NCBI GenBank assembly: GCA_018697295.1
Contig: JABHTJ010000002.1
Coordinates: 28,027 to 92,026, forward strand
Direction: 5' to 3'
DNA from: an archaeon
Lineage (GTDB): Archaea > Nanobdellota > Nanobdellia > Pacearchaeales > GW2011-AR1
DNA: 64,000 nucleotides
The notes beneath the pieces are model-generated. The model saw only the letters and a program-made list of their open reading frames with translations, had not been told where the DNA came from and did no database searches. Shown piece after piece: positions 17,977-26,200 of the stretch. The first letter of the stretch is position 1. Each line of letters opens with the position of its first letter. The position numbers and the translations under genes were made by a program.

Positions 17977-18918
17977 TTATTCTAGGACTTTTATCTTGCA
18001 AATGTTTTCATATTCTTTGATGAAGTTTTCTATGCTTTTTGGAGGACTTTTTCGGATAATGTAAAGGCAGGGCATTTTGCTATATGTTGCTCTTTGAATT
18101 GCCGACTTGATTTCTTCTTTTGAGATAGACTTCTTGTCTTTTGCAATAAGTATTAGGTAGAAATTTCCGAGCGAGGTTTTCATACGAATTTTTGCGACAA
18201 TTTCTCGTTTACTTATTTGAATTTCTTCGATGAACTCGAGATTATTCTTTTTTAAGAATTTTTTAACTTCTTCTAAAAAATCTATTGAACTTTCTTCAAA
18301 GATACTTTCCATTTTTTCTTCCTTTTTTGAATGATCTTTTTTTTGAGGAGTATTCGTCTTTTCTTTTTCAATTTTTTCTGTCTCAACTTTAATTTTCGAA
18401 TTACCTTCTTCTTTTTCTTCCTTTTCTGCAGGAGTTATTTCCTCGATTTCTTCTTTAGTTTCAAATGCATATTTCCACATTATTTTCTCGTTTGACTTAA
18501 ATGGTTTTGCAAAGTCTTTCAGATTTCTAAGCGAGACCCTAATTGAAGGTCCTTGTTCTTCGTCATGTAATATTTTTTCCTCCTTTAGTTTTAGAAATGC
18601 CTCTTTTTCTGCAGATTTTAGATGTTCTGTAAAATTCTCTAGCTGATTTTCTTGTCCTGAAATTAAATATAGTGGTGAGGCTCCAATTTTTAGGTTGCTT
18701 AAAACTATTCTTTTTTCATTTAGTAATTCCGATAAAATTGCTGATGCGAAAACTGGCTCCATTTTGATTTCTCGCGCAATTCTGACTGGAAGTGCAGGGC
18801 CATGAATTTTTAGAAATGCTATAATGGAGTTCTTTTTTTCAGTAATGTCTATCATTTTTTTAGAAGTTATCTTTAGATTATAAATATTTCTTAATTCTAT
18901 TACCTTATTTTCGTCCAT
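17977..18918 (-). CDS. Winged-helix domain protein of unknown function with K/E-rich middle
   Basis: N-terminal IAFLKIHGPALPVRIAREIKMEPVFASAILSELLNEKRIV looks like a winged helix. The central segment is low-complexity E/K. The C-terminal ~90 aa form a conserved-looking globular segment. No confident family. Confidence 0.45.
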   Translation of the reverse strand: MDENKVIELRNIYNLKITSKKMIDITEKKNSIIAFLKIHGPALPVRIAREIKMEPVFASAILSELLNEKRIVLSNLKIGASPLYLISGQENQLENFTEHLKSAEKEAFLKLKEEKILHDEEQGPSIRVSLRNLKDFAKPFKSNEKIMWKYAFETKEEIEEITPAEKEEKEEGNSKIKVETEKIEKEKTNTPQKKDHSKKEEKMESIFEESSIDFLEEVKKFLKKNNLEFIEEIQISKREIVAKIRMKTSLGNFYLILIAKDKKSISKEEIKSAIQRATYSKMPCLYIIRKSPPKSIENFIKEYENICKIKVLE

Positions 18919-19424
18919 ACAATTTCATAGTATGAAATGCTCTCTTCCTCGTCTACAATTGCGATTAAGAGATTTTTTTTTGTAGAATGTGCGACTCTTG
19001 TTTTTGCAGAAAAATCTTGCCATGTCAATTTTTCTGTTTCTGAAACTGGAAAGACTAACCATTTTGAATGTGATTTATCTATTTTTTTTCCTTTCTCGTA
19101 TACTCTAAACTCTGCTCCGAATTTGAGCGCCGTTTTAACAATATGTCCTTTTTTTCTAAGGTCTGTGAAGACTGTTGATTTGAGATTAATTTTTTTATCA
19201 AGCCTTTGGAATTTTTTTATGATTTCTTCTTGTGTGAGTGGCTTATTTTTATCGTCGTAGAGTTCCATCTTTTTTTGCTCAACTAAGAAAATTGCTTCTG
19301 GAAGAGAGTATACGATTTTTTCATTTACTTTTTCTCCAAATCTCTTTACATCGAAGAGATTTTTTGCTTCCGAAGTATTTGAACTTACTTTTCCGGAGAT
19401 GAAGTTTGCTTTGATTTTTTCCAT
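18900..19424 (-). CDS. endA: tRNA-splicing endonuclease (EndA), short form
   Basis: C-terminal catalytic region GHIVKTALKFGAEFRVYEKGKKIDKSHSKWLVFPV matches the EndA active-site region. I chose the internal Met (MEKIKANF, codon at 19424-19422) as start. The longer track ORF would overlap tRNA-Gln. Confidence 0.7.
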   Translation of the reverse strand: MEKIKANFISGKVSSNTSEAKNLFDVKRFGEKVNEKIVYSLPEAIFLVEQKKMELYDDKNKPLTQEEIIKKFQRLDKKINLKSTVFTDLRKKGHIVKTALKFGAEFRVYEKGKKIDKSHSKWLVFPVSETEKLTWQDFSAKTRVAHSTKKNLLIAIVDEEESISYYEIVWTKIR

Positions 19425-19486
19425 TGTTTGTTTAAGTGAATTGTAATTATAAAGTTTTTTAAATTGAGATTTGCAGGTAATTGGAT

Positions 19487-19559
19487 AGCCCCATAGTCTA
19501 GTGGTCAAGGATGGCTGGTTCTGGGCCAGCTGACCCAGGTTCGAATCCTGGTGGGGCTA
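19487..19559 (+). tRNA. tRNA-Gln (anticodon CTG)
   Basis: Acceptor AGCCCCA/TGGGGCT. D-stem GTCT/GGAT with two GU pairs. Anticodon stem GCTGG/CCAGC with loop TTCTGGG. T-arm CCAGG-TTCGAAT-CCTGG. Discriminator A. Confidence 0.7.
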
Positions 19560-19570
19560 TTCAAGATATT

Positions 19571-19873
19571 ATGAAAAAAAGTTTTAACGAAAGGTGCTAT
19601 GAACTTTTGAGAAAAGTTCCTCCAGGAAATGTGACTACTTACAAAGATTTGGCACTGGCCCTTGGAACAAATGCATATCGGGCTGTTGGAAATGCGATGA
19701 ATAAAAATCCTTATGCGCCAGAAGTGCCTTGTCATAGGGTTGTGAATAGTAATGGGGATGTTGGCGGATATGCCGGTGGTGAGAACGAAAAAATTGAAAT
19801 GCTGAGTGGAGAAGGAATTGAAATTAGGGATGGAAAGATAGTTGATTTTAGGGATAAGTTATTTGTGTTTTAG
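19571..19873 (+). CDS. ogt: Methylated-DNA-protein-cysteine methyltransferase, minimal (C-terminal domain only, ~100 aa)
   Basis: Contains the PCHRVV active-site motif plus the helix-turn-helix region TYKDLALALG. I chose the internal Met at 19571. The upstream part of the track ORF overlaps tRNA-Gln. Confidence 0.75.
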   Translation: MKKSFNERCYELLRKVPPGNVTTYKDLALALGTNAYRAVGNAMNKNPYAPEVPCHRVVNSNGDVGGYAGGENEKIEMLSGEGIEIRDGKIVDFRDKLFVF

Positions 19874-19925
19874 ATTTTATTTTGGTGCCATAAGTTTTAT
19901 AAAGCGAATTTTGTGAGTCTTATTT

Positions 19926-20033
19926 ATGAAAAGAAGTTCTAGAAGATGGAAGAAGAAAGGCCAGATGAGATGGAAATGGCAACGTAAGAGACTTAAGAAA
20001 GAAAAACGAAAAAGAAAACTTAAGCGTAGATAA
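19926..20033 (+). CDS. rpl41e: Ribosomal protein eL41 (L41e), 35 aa
   Basis: Translation gives MKRSSRRWKKKGQMRWKWQRKRLKKEKRKRKLKRR. This composition and length is characteristic of L41e. It is below the ORF-track size cutoff. Confidence 0.5.
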   Translation: MKRSSRRWKKKGQMRWKWQRKRLKKEKRKRKLKRR

Positions 20034-20099
20034 ATTTAATTCTTAATTTCCTTGGTTTAGCACAACAATCCTTAAAAAGTGGAAATCTTTGTTTGACTC

Positions 20100-21074
20100 A
20101 TGACAAGTAATTTTAATTCAGAGGTGTGGACAGAGAAATATCGTCCTAAGAAATTTGAAGAGATGGTGGGTCAAGAAGAGATTATTAAACGAGTTAAGGC
20201 GCTTACGACTTCGCTGAATATTCCTCATTTGCTTTTTGCGGGTCCTGCGGGGACTGGAAAGTCAACTCTTGCCTTGATTATTGTTAAGGAACTTTTTGCC
20301 GAATCTTGGAGGGAAAATTATTTAGAGCTTAATGCGAGCGATGAGCGTGGAATTGACGTTGTTCGTCAAAAAGTTAAAGATTTTGCTCGAACGAAAGCGT
20401 TAGGTGATGTTCCGTTTAAAGTAATCTTTTTAGATGAGGCAGACGCGCTTACAAGAGAGGCTCAACAAGCACTTCGGCGAACGATGGAAAATTATACTTC
20501 TACTTGCAGATTTGTCATGTCCTGTAATTATTCTTCAAAGATTCTTGATCCAATTCAATCTCGAGCAGTTGTTTTTCGATTTCAACTTTTAGAGAAAAAA
20601 GATATTAAGCGACGAGTTGATTTAATTGCTGAAAGTGAGGGTCTTAGTATTACTGCTGAAGCGTTTGACGTTTTGTATGAAGCGAGTGAAGGAGATTGTC
20701 GACGAGTGATTAATTTGTTACAGGCGACAGCTTCGATTTCTCCAAACATTACTCCCGATTTAGTAAATACTATTGTTTCAAAAGCAAAGCCGTCTGATAT
20801 AAAAATTGTTTTAGATTATGCGCTTACAGGAGACTTTAATAATTCTAGAGAAAAACTTTTAGAGATTATGTTGAAAGAATCTATTTCTGGACAAGATGTT
20901 ATTAAGGCGATTCAAAAAGAGATTTGGAATTTACCGATTGATAATATTTTGAAAGTTCGTTTGACTGAAAAAACTGGTGAGGCTGAGTTTCGATTAGTCG
21001 AGGGAAGTGACGAATTTATTCAACTAGAGGCGCTCTTGGCAGGTTTTATTTTGGCTGGTCTCGGGGAGAAGTGA
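20100..21074 (+). CDS. rfcS: Replication factor C small subunit
   Basis: WTEKYRPKKFEEMVGQ, Walker A GPAGTGKST, DEAD-like FLDEAD and the SRC motif context. Confidence 0.85.
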   Translation: MTSNFNSEVWTEKYRPKKFEEMVGQEEIIKRVKALTTSLNIPHLLFAGPAGTGKSTLALIIVKELFAESWRENYLELNASDERGIDVVRQKVKDFARTKALGDVPFKVIFLDEADALTREAQQALRRTMENYTSTCRFVMSCNYSSKILDPIQSRAVVFRFQLLEKKDIKRRVDLIAESEGLSITAEAFDVLYEASEGDCRRVINLLQATASISPNITPDLVNTIVSKAKPSDIKIVLDYALTGDFNNSREKLLEIMLKESISGQDVIKAIQKEIWNLPIDNILKVRLTEKTGEAEFRLVEGSDEFIQLEALLAGFILAGLGEK

Positions 21075-21075
21075 G

Positions 21076-21522
21076 ATGGCAGAACCTAAAGTTGGAAGAG
21101 AGTCTCCGGGGGTTGGCGTCGGTGTTAGAATTTTGAGATATAATAATGCTCTAGAGAATTATGAGGTTTTATTTGGATTACGAAATGGTGCTCATGGGGC
21201 TGGAACTTGGAGTTTTCCTGGTGGGGAATTGGATTTCGGAGAATCTTTTGAAGAGTGTGCAATAAGAGAGGTTGAAGAAGAAACTGGACTTGAGATTAAG
21301 GCAGGATTTATTCTAGGAGTTACAAATGACGTTTTTCTAGAGGAGAATTTACATTATACTACTGTTTTTGTTGATGCAATTTATGAGGGTGGGGAGCCAA
21401 TTGTTCGTGAGCCTGAAAAATGTTCTGGGTGGGAATGGTATCAAAAAGATACTTTACCTGATAATCTTTTTCTTCCAATTAGAAATTTTATGGCCGGAGG
21501 TTATGGCTTATTTGAAAGATGA
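21076..21522 (+). CDS. Nudix hydrolase (MutT-like)
   Basis: Nudix box GGELDFGESFEECAIREVEEETGLE. 148 aa. Its start is 2 nt after the rfcS stop and its stop overlaps the rfcL start (ATGA). Confidence 0.75.
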   Translation: MAEPKVGRESPGVGVGVRILRYNNALENYEVLFGLRNGAHGAGTWSFPGGELDFGESFEECAIREVEEETGLEIKAGFILGVTNDVFLEENLHYTTVFVDAIYEGGEPIVREPEKCSGWEWYQKDTLPDNLFLPIRNFMAGGYGLFER

Positions 21523-22721
21523 TAACCTTTGATCATATTCCGTGGTGTGAAAAATATCGGGCGAAATCTTTTCAAGATATCGTTGGTCAGGATTTGGCCG
21601 TTGATAAAGTTAAATTATTTTTGCGAAGTTTTCCTAAGAAAAAAGCAATTGTACTTCATGGTCCTCCGGGGGTTGGAAAAACGAGTCTTGCTTATGCAAT
21701 TGCATTTGAAAATGATTCTGAAGTCTTAGAACTTAATGCGAGCGATCTTAGAAACAAATCAAAAATCGCAGAAATTATTGGCCCTGCAAGCCAGCAAAAA
21801 AGTTTATTTAAAAAAAATAAATTAATTTTGGTTGACGAGGTTGATGGTGTCTCTGCGATTAAGGATCGGGGAGGACTTGCAGAACTTTTAGTACTGTTAG
21901 AAAAATCTGCATTTCCAGTAATTATTACTGCGAACGATATTTGGCAAAAGAAATTTAATTTGCTTCGGAAAAAGGCAGATATTGTTGCACTTAAGGAAGT
22001 TGACTACAAAGAAGTTTTGGGAATTTTGCGGAAAATTTGTGAGAACGAAAATGTTGTTGTTTCGAGCGAAGTTTTAACATCTATTGCAATTAAGGCTCGG
22101 GGAGATATTCGGGCTTCGTTAAATGACTTGCAAATTTTATCGAATATGGATTCTCCAGAACTTGTGCAGGAGGTTGGTGAAAGAAATAAAGAACAATCAA
22201 TTTTTTCTGCCCTCCAACATATTTTCAAAAATTCTGCAATTGACGAAAAGATGCTGCGGATTTTTGACGAAATTAATATGCCTATTGATGAAATTTTTTT
22301 ATGGATTGAAGAAAACATTCCACTAGAGTATAAGGGTGAAGAACTTGCAAGGGCTTATGAATCTCTTTCTCGCGCCGATGTTTTTCGAGGACGTATAAGG
22401 CGACAGCGACACTGGCGATTTATGGTATATGAATATTTTTTGCTCGGTCCTGGAATCGCTAGCGCTAAACAATATAATCGTGCTGGATGGACTGGATATA
22501 AAAAGCCTAGCAGGATTTTGAAAATTTGGCTTCAGAATCAACGATCGTTAAAGAAAAAATCTATTTCTCAAAAATATTCTAAGTTTTGCCATATTTCCAC
22601 TAAAACTGCAATGAAAGATTTTATGCTTCTCAAGATTATCTTGCAGGATTCGAGAATTCGCAAAGATTTGAAACTTAGTGAAGAAGAAATTGCTTATTTG
22701 GATAAACCGGTTTATAATTAA
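21519..22721 (+). CDS. rfcL: Replication factor C large subunit
   Basis: WCEKYRAKSFQDIVGQ with Walker A GPPGVGKTS and DEVD. Confidence 0.8.
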   Translation: MITFDHIPWCEKYRAKSFQDIVGQDLAVDKVKLFLRSFPKKKAIVLHGPPGVGKTSLAYAIAFENDSEVLELNASDLRNKSKIAEIIGPASQQKSLFKKNKLILVDEVDGVSAIKDRGGLAELLVLLEKSAFPVIITANDIWQKKFNLLRKKADIVALKEVDYKEVLGILRKICENENVVVSSEVLTSIAIKARGDIRASLNDLQILSNMDSPELVQEVGERNKEQSIFSALQHIFKNSAIDEKMLRIFDEINMPIDEIFLWIEENIPLEYKGEELARAYESLSRADVFRGRIRRQRHWRFMVYEYFLLGPGIASAKQYNRAGWTGYKKPSRILKIWLQNQRSLKKKSISQKYSKFCHISTKTAMKDFMLLKIILQDSRIRKDLKLSEEEIAYLDKPVYN

Positions 22722-22744
22722 ATTTTTTCAGAAGCATTTAAATA

Positions 22745-23143
22745 ATGTTAAGTGGTGTTAACTTTATGTACACATTACCTCAAGAAATAGAAGTTTGGTA
22801 TATCATTCCGGCTATACGAAGAGAACTTTCAAAAGATTTGATTAAAAGACATAAAGTGACTTATGAAAAAACAGGGAGACTTTTAGGAATTACAAAAGCT
22901 GCAGTTTCGCAATATCTTTCGAATAAACGAGCAAGAAAGATTAAGCTTCATCCAAAAGCGGAAAAAGAAATTATTAGATCTGCTCAAAGAATTATTGAAA
23001 ATAAATCTAATGCAGTAATTGAAATTCAAAAAATTTTAAAATTTATTCGAAAGAAAAAATTGCATTGCGAAGTTTGTGGAAATGTCATTGACGGCAAATT
23101 GCATAATTGTCGCCAAGTTATACCTTCCTATTTGGATGACTGA
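22745..23143 (+). CDS. Predicted DNA-binding regulator (sigma-70 region-4-like HTH, DUF134-like) with C-terminal CxxC...C Zn-ribbon
   Basis: TGRLLGITKAAVSQYLSNKRARK is HTH-like. The C-terminus carries CEVCGNVIDGKLHNC. Confidence 0.45.
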   Translation: MLSGVNFMYTLPQEIEVWYIIPAIRRELSKDLIKRHKVTYEKTGRLLGITKAAVSQYLSNKRARKIKLHPKAEKEIIRSAQRIIENKSNAVIEIQKILKFIRKKKLHCEVCGNVIDGKLHNCRQVIPSYLDD

Positions 23144-23233
23144 TTTGTTAACTGTGTTTCCTAAAAGTTTATAAGGAAAAGTTAACGCTTGTTAACATGG
23201 ATGATTCATTATATGTGAAAGGGGGAAAAATAT

Positions 23234-23587
23234 ATGGAAAAGAAAAAAGTTTTTTTTTGGAATAGGATTTTGTTAGGTCTTGTAATGCTTATTCCTGGAA
23301 TTTTGAAGTTGGTTGCAACTCTTTCCGGAGACAATTTTGTTTCAGGTATGCTTTCAGGAATTGTTTTATTTGCTTGGGCACCATTATTTTGGGCTTGGAT
23401 TTTAATTCTCGTTGAAATTGGTGTAGGGTCTGCAATTTTATTGAACTGGAATGTAAAGAATGCTAGTTGGCTTGCGATTATCATTTTGTTAGTTGCCGCA
23501 TTTACAGTAAATCTTTCGAACCCTTCAGGAATTTTAACTCATGTTGCTCTTGCTTCGAACTATCTGATTTGGATTGCTAAGAAGTAA
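23234..23587 (+). CDS. Small polytopic membrane protein (DoxX-like?)
   Basis: 117 aa with three or four hydrophobic helices. Family assignment is uncertain. Confidence 0.4.
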   Translation: MEKKKVFFWNRILLGLVMLIPGILKLVATLSGDNFVSGMLSGIVLFAWAPLFWAWILILVEIGVGSAILLNWNVKNASWLAIIILLVAAFTVNLSNPSGILTHVALASNYLIWIAKK

Positions 23588-23717
23588 TTTCACTTAGCCT
23601 CGATTAGGGGCTTTTTTTATTTTTATTTTGTCTCGATTTTGGGACAGTTTTTATTTTTTTATTTTGATATATAGGTTCGAGTGTATATGTTTTTATTAAG
23701 GATTGTGGGTTTGATTT

Positions 23718-24902
23718 TTGATGGCAGATTTTAAACCTTATACTATGCAATTAATTGCCACTCCAAATGGGATTAAAGATCTTCGGGGAGCTTTGAAATT
23801 TTCTCAGGATAGGGCTCGGCAATGTTATTCTTCATTATCTACGGATGAAATCGCGGTAGAAGCATATGATCCTAAATTGGTGGATCCTGAAAATGGGCGA
23901 TTAGTTAATAGTGGGCATTTGAGCGTGTTTGATCATTTTCATCTGACTTTTAATTTTAATGGACTTCCAAAACTTGGCGCAATGTTGTTTAATAATGAGC
24001 CCCCATATGCTACCTCTGAAAAATCTGCGAGATATACTCAGATGAGTGGGATGGAGCCTCGCCAAAAAGAACTTTATGATAAATGGATGGGTATTTTGGC
24101 TCCGGCAATTGAACAAGAAGGCGTTCTTATTGGTTCAAAAAATCGGGAAGTTCGTGCAAGAAAACTTGCTCAAGAAAACGCCAGATATATGACTAGTGCG
24201 TTTACTCCGACGAATATGGATTATACGATTTCTCTTCGACATCTTAATGAGATAAGGGATAAATTTGAAAGATTTATTGATTCTAATAGTGGTTCTAATG
24301 ATTTAGTTACTCAAAAATTAATTGGTGAGGTGATGATACCTTATTTGAATTCTGGGATTTTGGAAGTGTTTGGAGTAGATAAAATAAAACATAAGGGTTG
24401 TGAGGGTGTTCGTTTGTTCGGTGAGCCTATTGAAGAAAGATTTGGGAGAGATGATTTTGCTACGAATCAGTCTACGAGTCTTGCTTGTTTGGCACAAGCA
24501 CAACGACATAGAGTTTTAGAATATGCAATTACTGATGGATTACAGCAAGGTGGAAGTTTAGATATTGAAGAAGGAAAGTTTTTTATTCCGCCTATAGTAA
24601 AATATCTTGGGCTTGAAGATGAATGGCTACAAGATTTGGCAGAAGTATCAAGCTATGATCTGCCTCAGGGTCAGTTGGTGATGGCTTCGGGACGAGGAAC
24701 TATCCCTCATTTCAATACTATGGCTGATGAAAGGATTTGTGGTCCGGCACAACTTGAGATTATGGTTCGAACTGCAGAATTGGCTAGGAAAATAAATAAG
24801 GTGTCAGGTGTTGGTGTTTTAGATGTTCCTCCTTGTGTTGACAATGCTTGTGAAAAAGGCGGATGTCCAACGGGAAAAAATTCTTTGGATAGGATAATCT
24901 AA
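23718..24902 (+). CDS. thyX: ThyX-like flavin-dependent thymidylate synthase (long, divergent)
   Basis: SGHLSVFDHFHLTFNFNGLPKLGAMLFNNEPPYATSEKSARY aligns with the ThyX signature HGSVLEH..F.F.I.G.SR...RHR..S.SQ.S.RY, but RHR is replaced by NNE. A QRHR is present further C-terminal. Gene context (tmk, dut, dcd, RNR) supports the role. Confidence 0.55.
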   Translation: MMADFKPYTMQLIATPNGIKDLRGALKFSQDRARQCYSSLSTDEIAVEAYDPKLVDPENGRLVNSGHLSVFDHFHLTFNFNGLPKLGAMLFNNEPPYATSEKSARYTQMSGMEPRQKELYDKWMGILAPAIEQEGVLIGSKNREVRARKLAQENARYMTSAFTPTNMDYTISLRHLNEIRDKFERFIDSNSGSNDLVTQKLIGEVMIPYLNSGILEVFGVDKIKHKGCEGVRLFGEPIEERFGRDDFATNQSTSLACLAQAQRHRVLEYAITDGLQQGGSLDIEEGKFFIPPIVKYLGLEDEWLQDLAEVSSYDLPQGQLVMASGRGTIPHFNTMADERICGPAQLEIMVRTAELARKINKVSGVGVLDVPPCVDNACEKGGCPTGKNSLDRII

Positions 24903-25597
24903 TGAAACGGGGAAAAATTATTGTGATTGAAGGAACCGATTGCTCTGGGAAAGAAACTCAATCAAAATTATTATTTCAACGACTTGCTCAAGAAAATATT
25001 CCTTCAGAAGTAATTAGTTTTCCAAATTATCGAACACCGACTGGAAAAATTATCGGAGGTCCTTATTTGGGCAAACCAGAAATTTGTCCTTCCTGGTTTT
25101 CTCAAGGTCCGGGGCCTGTAGATCCAAAAGTTGCGTCACTTCTTTATGCTGCCGATCGGAGGTTTGCCCTCTTTGCAATAGATAAAATTTTGAATTCTGG
25201 AACTAATATTATTTTTGATAGGTATGGCTCTGCTAATCAAGGTCATCAGGGTTGAAAGATTCGAGATTCTGAAGAAAGAAAGAAACTTTATCGTGAGCTC
25301 GATTGGTTAGAACATGATTTTTGTGAACTTCCAAGACCGGACAAAACAATATTTTTGTATATGCCTTATCTTGTTGGAATGAAGCTTCGAGAAGGCAGAG
25401 AAGGTCTTGGTGATGGTCATGAGAATGATCCTGATCACCTAAGGAATGCTGAAGAAGCTTATTTGCAGTTGTCCGAGTTATATGGTTGGACTCAGATTGA
25501 TTGTGCTCCTGATGGAACGTTTGAAACTCTACGGACTCCTGAAGCAATTCAGGAAGAAGTTTTCAAAAGAGCCTTGGAAGTTTTGGTTGATGAATAA
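24902..25597 (+). pseudogene. tmk: Thymidylate kinase interrupted by a single in-frame TGA (25253-25255); both halves in the same frame
   Basis: N-half has the P-loop IVIEGTDCSGKETQ and the DRY motif. The reading frame continues directly after the TGA with KIRDSEERKKLYRELDWLEHDFCELPRPDKTIFLYMPYLV...to the stop at 25597. No other stop lies between the two track ORFs. Confidence 0.65.
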
Positions 25598-25684
25598 TTT
25601 ACTCTCAAATTTTTTGTAATTGTAAAGTAACGTTTCCAAAAACTATACTAATCTTTAAATAGGGAAAAGAATTGAAGAACGTTG

Positions 25685-25703
25685 CACTACAAGGAATTGT
25701 GGT
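25685..25703 (+). promoter_or_regulatory. Candidate NrdR-box-like imperfect palindrome upstream of nrdR-nrdJ
   Basis: cACTACAAggaaTTGTGGt has half sites ACTACAA / TTGTGGT with one mismatch. It lies ~55 nt upstream of the nrdR ATG. Confidence 0.3.
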
Positions 25704-25758
25704 AAAATGAGGTGCGAGGTACCATATCTTGTATTCTTAGTAAATGACGGTATAACTT

Positions 25759-26199
25759 ATGATTTGTCCATATTGTAGCAATAGTGATACAAAAGTCACT
25801 GATAAACGAGATAGTAATGAGATAACGCGAAGAAGGCGCGAGTGTTTGAAATGTGAAAAACGGTTTACAACATATGAGCGAGTTGAACTCGATTTGAACG
25901 TTACTAAAAAAGATGGTAAGCGAGAACGATTTAATCGGGACAAATTATTTGTGGGAGTCTCTAAAAATTTAGAGAAGCGGCCGTTTACAACAGAACAAGT
26001 TGAGAAAATAGTTTCTGATATTGTTGCTCGCATTTACCGGTTTGCAAAAGATAAGGATATCCCTAGTGCAAAGATTGGAGAAATAGTTATGGCAGAATTA
26101 AAAAAAGTAGATAAAATTGCGTATGTTCGGTTTGCTTCGGTATACCGAGATTTTGCAGATATTGAAGATTTCCGAGATGAGTTGAGGGACTTGAAGTAA
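25759..26199 (+). CDS. nrdR: Transcriptional repressor NrdR (Zn-ribbon + ATP-cone)
   Basis: MICPYCSNSDTKVTDKRDSNEITRRRRECLKCEKRFTTYERVEL is the NrdR N-terminal zinc ribbon signature. An ATP-cone-like C-half follows. Confidence 0.8.
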   Translation: MICPYCSNSDTKVTDKRDSNEITRRRRECLKCEKRFTTYERVELDLNVTKKDGKRERFNRDKLFVGVSKNLEKRPFTTEQVEKIVSDIVARIYRFAKDKDIPSAKIGEIVMAELKKVDKIAYVRFASVYRDFADIEDFRDELRDLK

Positions 26200-26200
26200 T

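Noticed and set aside
19505-19735. 76-aa minus-strand ORF and the N-extended forms of the endA/ogt ORFs
   Set aside because: They run across tRNA-Gln. Internal Met starts give proteins that match homolog lengths.
25253-25255. Selenocysteine or genome-wide UGA recoding at the tmk TGA
   Set aside because: Other genes in the window (e.g. rpoA, rfcS) end with TGA as a stop. No obvious SECIS-like hairpin follows. A local mutation or error is more likely, but this cannot be settled without reads.
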